Assembly: GCA_951406725.2 (NCBI GenBank)
Contig: OX597820.1
Location: forward strand, 32,364,001 to 32,428,000
DNA length: 64,000 nucleotides
Source of the DNA: Octopus vulgaris
Taxonomy: Eukaryota
Direction of reading: 5' to 3'
Shown here: positions 53,841 through 64,000 of the stretch, one piece after another
Layout of the letters: every line of letters starts with the position of its first letter
Numbering within the stretch: position 1 is the stretch's first letter
Program-made: the position numbers and the translations under genes
Notes under the pieces: model-generated
What the model saw: the letters and a program-made list of their open reading frames with translations, nothing else
The model's database searches: none
What the model was told of the DNA's origin: nothing

Positions 53841-54261
53841 CGTGCATATTCTTCTGCCCTAGTGCTCCAGCATGACCGCAGCTGCATGGCTAAAACGATT
53901 AAAAGAGTGAAAGAGTAATACGCATGCACATATATGTATCTATGCATATTGATATACATACATACACACATTCATATATGAATATAAGTATATGCTTGTT
54001 TCCATCTGTTTCCATATTAGAAGCACTTAAGTAAAGCACACTCGACTTTGCAACAAACATTTAACCATCGTGATCTCTATACGCACCAGCATACGTATCT
54101 AGAGACGTAAATATGGAGTGTATTCACGTAGAAAATCGTCGCAAATATCCCACTTTGGCCACGCTGCAGCACTGCCTTTTTTGGTAAAATCGATTACTTC
54201 ACTCGTTGTTATTTATGTATCTTTTTGATTACGTATACGAATACGCACACGTTCATAATGC

Positions 54262-54326
<65 letters not shown>

Positions 54327-54470
54327 TTTTGCGTGTGTGTCTGTGTGTGTATGTACACATGCACGCACACGCACACACACACTCACACACACACATATAT
54401 ATGTACATATATATATATACGTATATATATATATATATATATGAATATGAGATATATCAGTATGAATGAA

Positions 54471-54517
<47 letters not shown>

Positions 54518-54624
54518 GCAGTGAAGCTATTCAATAGCGTCGTATTTATATCGATTGCTATTTTCCAGTAAATATTGGTGCCTTGTTGTATCTTTTATCT
54601 ACTTATATATATATATATATATAT

Positions 54625-54826
54625 AGTCAACTCAAACAAAAACAAGCAGGAAAAAACAACAACGCGAGGACGTGGAACAAGTACTGGGTTATTGGACGCT
54701 CAGGAAAGGAAAGAAAAGAAAGAGGATTTCACGTTTCGAGCAGAGCTCTTCATCAGAAATATCGAAAAAGTTCAAAGAAGGGACAACGGAGAAAGAAAAT
54801 CGCCAGCGATACACACGCGGTCACGT
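54625..54826 (-). mobile_element. Hammerhead-bearing element family A in tandem unit 1
   Basis: Minus strand ATTT-CTGATGA-AGAGCTCTGCTC-GAAA-CG-TG-AAAT at 54726-54760. Confidence 0.72.
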
Positions 54827-54939
54827 ATTGTATATATGTATGTACGTATGTAAGTATGTATGAATGTATGTATGTATGTATGTATGTATGTATGTATGTA
54901 TGTATGTATGTATGTACGTACGTATGTATGTATGTATGT

Positions 54940-55178
54940 CATATCTGTCGGGCATGTGGGAGAGAATGTAATTCGGCAGGAGGACTTAAACGACATGCAA
55001 AGGTACATGAAGCCCAGTTACAACTATAGCCGGCTATTACCGGTAAAGGTTTTAGCTGCCAATTCTGTACAAGACATTGTAGATCTTTAGCTAGACTAAA
55101 ATGTCACATTCGATCACAGCACCAGAAACAGTTAAGCTTCGTGCAATGGCCATACTCGAATACGAGGGGCAGCCATAA
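54940..55178 (+). pseudogene. RTE LINE 3' end with two C2H2-type fingers (in-frame stop between them)
   Basis: CRACGRECNSAGGLKRHAKVH, TAG at 55027-55029, then CQFCTRHCRSLARLKCHIRSQH; flanked by (TATG)n. Confidence 0.78.
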
Positions 55179-55484
55179 TGTATGTATGTATGTATGTATG
55201 TATGTATGTATGTATGTATGTATGTATGTATGTATGTATGTATGTATGTATGTATGTATGTATGTATGTATGTATGTATGTATGATTATATGCCAATACA
55301 TATAAATATAATGGTAACTATCCCCACCTATCACGCAGTAGACTAGGGTTCGATGTACGATTGCTCTCCTGGGTAGGCGTGCATATTTTTCCGCTGTGGT
55401 GCTCCAGCATGACCGCAACTGCATGGCTAAAATGGTTGAAAGAGTGTAAGAGCAATACGCTTTTACATGTATGTAAACTTCGCA

Positions 55485-55525
<41 letters not shown>

Positions 55526-55915
55526 ACTCACACACATATGCATGTATGCATGTATATGTATTGATGTATATACGCGTGCACATATATGTATCTATGCATA
55601 TTGATATACATACATACATACGCACAGTCATATATGAATGTACGTATATGCTTGTTTCCAACTGTTTCCATATTAGAAACACTTAAGTAAAGCACACTCG
55701 ACTTTGCAACAAACGTTTAACAGTCGTGATCTATATACGCACCAGCATACGTATCTATAGACGTAAATATGGAGTGTATTCACGTAGAAAATCGTCGCAA
55801 ATATCCCACTTTGGCCACGCTGCAGCACTGCCTTTTTTGGTAAAATCAATTACTTCACTCGCGGTTATTTATGCATCTTTTTGCTTACGTATACGAATAC
55901 GCACATTTTTCATTA

Positions 55916-55955
<40 letters not shown>

Positions 55956-56221
55956 TGTGTGTGTTTTTGCGTGTGTGTCTGTATGTGTATGCACACATGC
56001 ACGCGTACGCACACACACATTCACACACACACACATATATATATACATATATATATATTTGAATATGAGACATATAAGTATGCAAGTATGCATGAATATG
56101 TGTGCGCGTATATATATATATATATATAAATATATAAGTAGTGAAGCTATTCAATAGCGTCGTATTTATATCGATTGCTATTTTCCAGTAAATATTAATG
56201 CCTTGTTGTACCATTTATCTA

Positions 56222-56296
<75 letters not shown>

Positions 56297-56737
56297 GTAT
56301 GTATATATAACTTAGAATAACTTAGAAAGGTTTCGGTCAGCATTGGCCAAGGCCATGTCTAATTTAATAGCACCGTCTGGCGAAGTCTTTCAATTCTGTG
56401 GTAGCACTAGTTGTTGCCTTTGTTGTTAGTCGTGTTACTCGGGTTCGAGGTCAGCAGCAGCGGCAACGGGGTAGGCACGGTGTTAAGGGGAGGGTCATAG
56501 GGCTACTAACAACAATGACACACACACACAGATGTATATGTCTGTAAGGAAACATATCATAGAAGTACACGGCGGAATAAGCAGAGCAAGAGCATACACG
56601 AAGATGCAAAATGTCGCTGAGGTCACACATGTGTGACGAAAGATTTCCGGACAATGGACATGAGTTAGAATAAGAACAGTAATAAATGGGTAGATATCGA
56701 ATATAGTGCATGTGTTTATATATAATATATATATATA

Positions 56738-56938
56738 GTCAAGAACATGCAGGAAGAACAAGCAGGAAGAAACAACAACGCGGGGACGTGGAAAAAGGAC
56801 TGTGTTATTGAAGCTCAGGAAAGGAAAGAAGAGAAAGAGAATTTCACGTTTCGAGGGGAATCTCTTCATCAGAAATATAGAAAAAGTCCCAAGAGAAGAC
56901 GGGGGAAGAAAATCGCCAGCGATACACACGCGGTCACA
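56738..56938 (-). mobile_element. Hammerhead-bearing element family A in tandem unit 2
   Basis: Core at 56841-56876. Confidence 0.7.
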
Positions 56939-57108
56939 TATTGTATGTATGTATGTATGTATGTATGTATGTATGTATGTATGTATGTATGTATGCATGT
57001 ATGTATGTATGCATGTATGTATGTGTGTATGTGTGTATGTATGTACGTACGTCGGTACGTATTTATGTATGTATGTATGTATGTATGTATGTATGTATGT
57101 ATGTATAT

Positions 57109-57348
57109 CATATCTGTCGGGCATGTGGGAGAGAATGTAATTCGGCAGGAGGACTTAAACGACATGCAAAGGTACATGAAGCCCAGTTACAACTACATCC
57201 GGCTATTACCGGTAAAGGTTTTAGCTGCCAATTCTGTACAAGACATTGTAGATCTTTAGCTAGACTAAAAAGTCACATTCGATCACAGCACCAGTAACAG
57301 TTAAGCTTCGTGCAATGGCCATACTCTACTAAGAGGGGGCAGCCATAA
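57109..57348 (+). mobile_element. RTE LINE 3' end, two C2H2-type fingers in an open frame
   Basis: CX2CX12HX3H then CX2CX12HX4H; stop at 57295-57297; RTE tail followed by (TATG)n. Confidence 0.78.
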
Positions 57349-58174
57349 GGTATGTATGTATGTATGTATGTATGTATGCATGTATGTATGATTATATGCC
57401 AATACATATAAATATAGTGGTAACTATCCCCACCTATCACGCAGTAGACTGGGATTCGATGTACGATTGCTCTCCTGGGTAGGCGTGCATTTTTTTCTGC
57501 TGTGGTGCTCCAGCATGGCCGCAACTGCATGGCTAAAACGGCTTAAAAGAGTGTAAGAGCAATACGCTTTTACATGTATGTAAACTTCGCAAATTTACAC
57601 ACACGCACAAAACACACACTCACACACATATGCATGTATGCATGTATATGTATTGATGTATATACGCGTGCACATATATGTATGTATGAATATTGATATA
57701 CATACATACACACACTCATATATGAATGTACGTATATGCTCGTTTCCATCTGTTTCCATATTAGAAGCACTTAAGTAAAGCACATTCGACTTTGCAACAA
57801 ACGTTTAACAATCGTGATCTCTATACGCACCAGCATACGTATCTATAGACGTAAATATGGAGTGTATTCACGTAGAAAATCGTCGCAAATATCCCACTTT
57901 GGCCACGCTGCAGCACTGCCTTTTTTGGTAAAATCGTTTACTTCACTCGCGGTTATTTATGCAACTTTTTGCTTACGTATACGAATACGCACACGTTCAT
58001 AATGCATATATATATATATATATACATATATGTGTGTGTTTTTGCGTGTGTGTCTGTGTGTGTATGCACACATGCACGCGCACGCGCATACTCATTCTCA
58101 CACACACACACACACACACAGATATATATATATATGAATATGAGACATATAAGTATGCAGGTACGCATGAATAC

Positions 58175-58233
<59 letters not shown>

Positions 58234-58785
58234 TATACGCAGTGAAGCTATTCAATAGCGTCGGATTTATATCGATTGCTATTTTCCAGTAAATATTGGT
58301 GCTTTGTTGTACCATTTATCTACTTATATATATATATATATATAACTTAGAATAACTTAGAATAACTTAGAAAGGTTTCGGTCAGCATTGGCCAAGGCCA
58401 TGTCTAATTTAATAGCACCGCCTGGCGCAGTCTTTCAATTCTGTGGTAGTAGTAGTTGTTGCCTTTGTTGTTAGTCGTGTTAGTCGGGTTCGTGGTCAGC
58501 AGCAGCGGCAACGGGGTAGGGACGGTGTTAAGGGGAGGGTCATAGGGCTATGAAGCACAATGACACACACACACACACAGATGCATATGTCTGTAAGGAA
58601 ACATATCATAGAAGAACACGTTGGAATAAGCAGAACAAGAGCATACACGAAGATGCAAAATGTCGCTGAGGTCACACATGTGTGACGAAAGATTTCCGGA
58701 CAATGGACATGAGTTAGAATAAGAACAGTAATAAATGGGTAGATATCGAATATAGTGCGTGTGTTTATATATAATATATATATAT

Positions 58786-58977
58786 AGTCAAGAACAAGCA
58801 GGAAGAGACAACAACGCGAGGACGTGGAACAAGTACTGTGTTATTGGATGCTCAGGAAAGGAAAGAAAAGAAAGAGAATTTCACGTTTCGAGCGGAATCT
58901 CTTCATCAGAAATATAGAAAAAGTCCCAAGAGAAGACGGGGGAAGAAAATCGCCAGCGATACACACGCGGTCACATA
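58786..58977 (-). mobile_element. Hammerhead-bearing element family A in tandem unit 3
   Basis: Core at 58878-58913. Confidence 0.7.
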
Positions 58978-59209
58978 TTGTATGTATGTATGTATGTATG
59001 TATGTATGTATGTATGTATGTATGTATGTATGTACGTAGGTACGTATGTATGTATGTATGTATGTATGTATGTATGTATGTATGTATGTACGTACGTACG
59101 TACGTATGTATGTACGTACGTAGGTACGTATGTAAGTATATATGTATCTATATATGTATGTATGTATGTACGTATGTATGTATGTATGTACGTATGTATG
59201 TATGTATGT

Positions 59210-59449
59210 CATATCTGTCGGGCATGTGGGAGAGAGTGTAATTCGGCAGGAGGACTTAAACGACATGCAAAGGTACATGAAGCCCAGCTACAACTACAGC
59301 CGGCTATTACCGGTAAAGGTTTTAGCTGCCAATTCTGTACAAGACTTTGTAGATCTTTAGCTAGATTAAAAAGTCACATTCGATCACAGAACCAGTAACA
59401 GTTAAGCTTCGTGCAATGGCCATACACGACTTCGAGGGGGCAGCCATAA
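59210..59449 (+). mobile_element. RTE LINE 3' end, two fingers (second lacks the final His)
   Basis: Part of ORF 58838-59398, which ends SHIRSQNQ. Confidence 0.78.
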
Positions 59450-59954
59450 TGTATGTATGTATGTATGTATGTATGTATGTATGTATGTATGTATGTATGT
59501 ATGTATGTATGTATGTATGTATGTATGTATGTATGGTTATATACCAGTACATATAAATATAGGGGTAACTATCCCCACCTATCACGCAGTAGACTGGGGT
59601 TCGATGTACGATTACTCTCCTGGGTAGGCGTGCATATTTTTCCGCTGTGGTGCTCCAGCATGACCGCAACTGCATGGCTAAAACGGTTGAAAGAGTGTAA
59701 GAGCAATACGCTTTTACATGTATGTAAACTTCGCAAATTTACACACACATATACACACACACACGCACAAAACACACACTCACACACATATGCATGTATG
59801 CATGTATATGTATTGATGTATATACGCGTGCACATATGTATATGTATTGATGTGTTTATATATAATATATATATAGTCAAGAACAAGCAGGAAGAAACAA
59901 CAACGCGGGGATGTGGAAAAAGGACTGTGTTATTGGATGCTCAGGAAAGGAAAG

Positions 59955-60254
59955 TGTATGGGTGTAGAACTTTGCATACATGTTTATGCGTATGTGTATA
60001 TTTATATATATATATATATTAACATACATACATACACACATATATATATATGTATGTATATATATGTTTCTATGTATGTATGTATATATATATATATATA
60101 TATACAGATATATATGCACATGCATGGACATATGAGATTGCACAAACACACACACGCCCCCACACAATATATGTGTGTGTACATAGTTGTGTATGAGTGA
60201 GAATTCTTTACGTGTGTGTGTGTGTGTGTGTGAATGTATACGTGTGTATGTGTA

Positions 60255-60299
<45 letters not shown>

Positions 60300-60790
60300 G
60301 TGCGTGTGTGTATTGTTTCTAAGTGTTTGCAATACGCTTGTATTGACATAAACACGTTGGACTTCAGATAATCATAGGGCAGCACTTACGAAGTATATAC
60401 ATATGTATGTATATACGCACCTTAAACGTGCACAGATGTCCACAAATTTCATTCACATTTTGTCGACGTTTTGAGTGGTTTGATTCATTTCACTGTGGCC
60501 ATGCTGGGGCACTTTCTTCTATGATATAATGAATTCTATCACCCGCTGTACTCAACGTTGTTGTTGCATTTAGTACTCTGTTGCTCAAGGTCAGCTACAA
60601 CTAAGCAGCCTGTAGTTTTTTAAAAATTACGTTACAATAGGAAGTTATAGCTGCCCTAGGTTACTGTAAATTGTGTATATCAATACTATACATCTAATAA
60701 ACTGATCTGCCAACTTCTTTTATTCCGTGTTGAAAGAGACGGCTGGAAAAGCACTTTTTATTAGAGCATTACATGCATAGATATACACGA

Positions 60791-60862
<72 letters not shown>

Positions 60863-61039
60863 GTATGTGTATACGACGGGCTTGTTTCAGTTTCCGTCTA
60901 CCAAATCCCGAGGCTATAGTAGAAGACAGTTGTCCAAGGTTCCACCCAGTTGGAGTGAACCCGGAACCATGTGGTTGGGAAGCAAGATTGCACGTTTGCA
61001 CCTATATATATATATATATACACATATATACACACACTC

Positions 61040-61082
<43 letters not shown>

Positions 61083-61496
61083 TATATACATACATACATA
61101 CATACATAAATACATACATATATAATCCTATCATGCACACACATACATATATATGTGCATGCGTGCATACACACACAAGCATATGTATTATGTATATATG
61201 TTTATAAGTCTATTTTACCAAAAAATGGCAGTGCTACAGCATGGCCAGAGTGTCAATATTGTCTACGCGAATACTCTCCATCTATACGTATATAGATACG
61301 TATATACATGCGTATATATTTATGTTAAGCGTTTGTGCAAAATCGAGTGTGCTTACTTAAGTACTTGCGCTATGTAAACACTTGTAAACAAAAGTATGCA
61401 TTCATATGTCTCTGTGTGTGTATGTATATCAATATGCACAGATACTTAAATATGCGTGAGTGGATATGTTATGTATGTGCATATACACCCATCTAT

Positions 61497-61527
<31 letters not shown>

Positions 61528-62968
61528 CATACATGCATATATCTATGAGTGTATAAGTTTGCATACATCTATATGCATATGTGTATATTTTATGTTTTGA
61601 CATATATATATACATACATGCACCATGCACACAGATGTATATATATATATATATATATGCACATACATATTAGATTACACAAACACACAATATATGTGTG
61701 TGTGTGTATAATTGTGTGTGAATGAGTGTGTGTGTATGTGTGTGCGTATGCATGTGTGTGTGTGTGTGTGTGTGTTTGTAAATGTTTACAATACAGATAT
61801 TGTGACATAAACACGCTGGACTTCAAATAATCTTATTGCACCACTTACGAAATGTATACGTATGTATATACACATGTTAGGCGTGTACAGATGTACACAC
61901 GTTGCATTCATATTTTGTATACGTCTAGTGGTTCTATCCGTCGGACTGTGGTCATGCTGGAGCACTTTCTCTTCTAATATAATGAATTCTATCATACGTT
62001 GCACTCAACACGAGTGCTGCATTTTTCAACGCTGGTGTTGCTTTCAACTCTAAATTGGCTTCAGCTGTTCATTCGTTCCCTCGAGAATAAAATATTACGT
62101 CACTACAATCTTCAACCCTTCTAAGCTTCGTGCAAACGTGTGAACAAACACTCGCGATACATAAATCAATGATTTCTGGGCTATTTCCCTTCCTCGGTAC
62201 AGGACAATTACAGGCTAGAGATGGCAGTCACTCCCCCTTGCTCATAGTATATTTTTTAAAATGACACACAGTCGCTGATCTCATAAAGAGAAAAACAAAC
62301 TAGTTTTAAATCTCTGAGCCAGGAATATGTAGTAACATTACTGAACAGTAAAGTCTATTTGCCAAGCCATAGACCAGATTTAAAACTAGTTGTTTTTCTC
62401 TTTACAAGATCAGCGACTATGTTTTACTTTAAAAGTATATACTATAGCCAAGGTGGAATAGCTGCCATCTCTAGCCGAAAATTGTCCTGTACTGAGGAAG
62501 ATAAATAACCCACAAACCATTGGTCTACAGATATCTCTAAAGCGAGAAAGAGAGCAATAAACTCCCTTGCTCATGGTATACGGATACACACCATGTGTAG
62601 CCAGCCGGAAAAGATGTTTTCCTGGAGCTAAACAGTAGTAAGATCGTCCTCATACATATATATATATACATATTTACATTTACACATGCACACATGTACA
62701 TTATACATACACAGACACAGACACAGACACGCACGCACGCACATACACATAAATATACATACATGTGAGTATACACATACACAGGCACACACACACACAC
62801 ACACTCCAATATGTATTATATGTGTATGTGCATACGTATGTATATTTAGTCAACTACGAGTGAAGAAATCAGTTTTACTCAAAAAGGTAGTGCTACAGTA
62901 TGGTCACAATGGAATATTTGCGACGGTTTTCTACGTGAATGCATTCCACATGTACGTATATATATATA

Positions 62969-63006
<38 letters not shown>

Positions 63007-63200
63007 TATATAGTTCACTATTGTTGAGCGTTTGTGCGAAAGTCGAGTGTGCTTAAGTACTTGTACTATATAAACACCTGTAACCAAACATATACATATA
63101 TGCATGTGGGCGGGTGTGAGTATGTATATCAATATGCATAGATTCTTCTATATACGTATGTGTATCTTTATGTGTTGACACACACACACACACACACACA
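59955..63200. repeat. Older diverged tandem duplication, about 1.6-kb unit
   Basis: 60310-60570 resembles 61770-62010 and 63880-63905; 61210-61420 resembles 62860-63140 and 50600-50830. Confidence 0.72.
62156..62535. repeat. Imperfect fold-back palindrome, about 380 bp
   Basis: AGTCGCTGATCTCATAAAGAGAAAAACAAACTAGTTTTAAATCT pairs with AGATTTAAAACTAGTTGTTTTTCTCTTTACAAGATCAGCGACT; CTTCCTCGGTACAGGACAATT pairs with AATTGTCCTGTACTGAGGAAG. Confidence 0.88.
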
Positions 63201-63215
63201 TATACATGCACGTTG

Positions 63216-63256
<41 letters not shown>

Positions 63257-63257
<1 letters not shown>

Positions 63258-63761
63258 TATAGCAGTATCGCCCGGCGTTGCTCGGGTTTGTAAGGGAAAT
63301 AACTATATAAGCATTTTTAGAGAGTTACTTCCCTTATAAATTCGGGCTTTCTTAGCCATTTTTGTTTTGGTGTCTTCAAGCCATGAAGTCGTTGTTCTAA
63401 AAGAACGCTGGTCTCCTTCACAACGCATTACGACGTTGATTTCTTTACACTCCCTTCCCCACAGCTTCACGAGGGAGGGAAGGGGGAGAAGCAAACAGGT
63501 GCAGCTGTGAGCGTGGACGCCAACTCCGCCGCCATCGACACACGATGCATTTTATGCATTAAAATGGAATAAAAAATGATGTTAAATTATTTTTAAAATC
63601 GTAGACTCATCGTTGACGCGCGCTAATAGTCAGACGGGCTCGATATTAGTCACGACTATAAAATACCCGAATTTGGTTAAACTGCACCGCAAAATGTGGG
63701 AGGAGTTAGGAATGTAAATCGAAGGGGACAGACACTCACACAACTAGAGTTTTATATATAT

Positions 63762-63764
<3 letters not shown>
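63257..63764 (-). mobile_element. Non-autonomous Helitron
   Basis: Minus strand begins TCTATATATATAAAAC and ends with hairpin CCCGAGCAACGCCGGG then CTATAG; no TSD; in (TA)n. Confidence 0.75.
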
Positions 63765-63803
<39 letters not shown>

Positions 63804-63916
63804 TTGATCGCACATATATACATCATATATGTGTATAAGTGTGTATGAATGTGTTTTTGTATGTGCATCTCTGTGTGTATACGTGTTTTTAAGTGTTTAC
63901 AATATGCGTGGCGCAA

Positions 63917-64000
63917 TGTGGAGGCGCAATGGCCCAGTGGTTAGGGAAGCGGACCCGCGGTCTTAGGATCGGACGTTCTGAGTGTTTATTGAGCGAAAAC
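63917..64000 (+). mobile_element. SINE family D, 5' part
   Basis: GTGGAGGCGCAATGGCCCAGTGGTTAGG matches 52510. Confidence 0.75.

Larger units (their letters stand above)
53769..59953 (+). repeat. Tandem array of a composite unit (three units plus a partial one, about 1.5-2.15 kb each)
   Basis: Unit starts near 53769, 55297, 57403 and 59549; the modules repeat in the same order. Confidence 0.92.

Noticed and set aside
57109-57297. Bona fide host C2H2 zinc-finger gene
   Set aside because: Followed directly by an RTE-type tail, lacks TGEKP linkers and a non-repetitive start, and one paralogue has a stop.

Overview
Eukaryotic, gene-poor, very microsatellite-rich DNA ((TA)n, (CA)n, (TATG)n, (GATA)n, (TAA)n, (GGT)n). 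The repeat landscape strongly suggests an octopod cephalopod intron or intergenic region; this is an inference, no search was run. I cannot support any host protein-coding gene, and almost all ORFs in the track are microsatellite translations. The window is a mosaic of mobile DNA. LINEs: a 5'-truncated R4/Dong-type RLE LINE with an uninterrupted ORF, sitting in (TAA)n; two decayed RLE LINEs ending in (CATA)n; three CR1-group copies; an L1/Tx1 relic; RTE-derived pieces. DNA elements: mariner, maT, Tc1 and hAT relics and two non-autonomous Helitrons. Several tRNA-derived SINE families are also present. The most interesting signals are: (1) at least four short-element families carrying minimal type I hammerhead ribozyme cores; (2) a 53.8-60.0 kb tandem array of a composite unit made of a tRNA-Asp head fused to a CR1 tail, an antisense hammerhead element, and a two-zinc-finger RTE end opened by a (TATG)n tract; (3) five long fold-back hairpins; (4) a 556-bp non-coding element sitting in (TAA)n; (5) apparent partitioning of microsatellite niches among element families. 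Coordinates were read by eye and may be off by a few bases at decayed ends.
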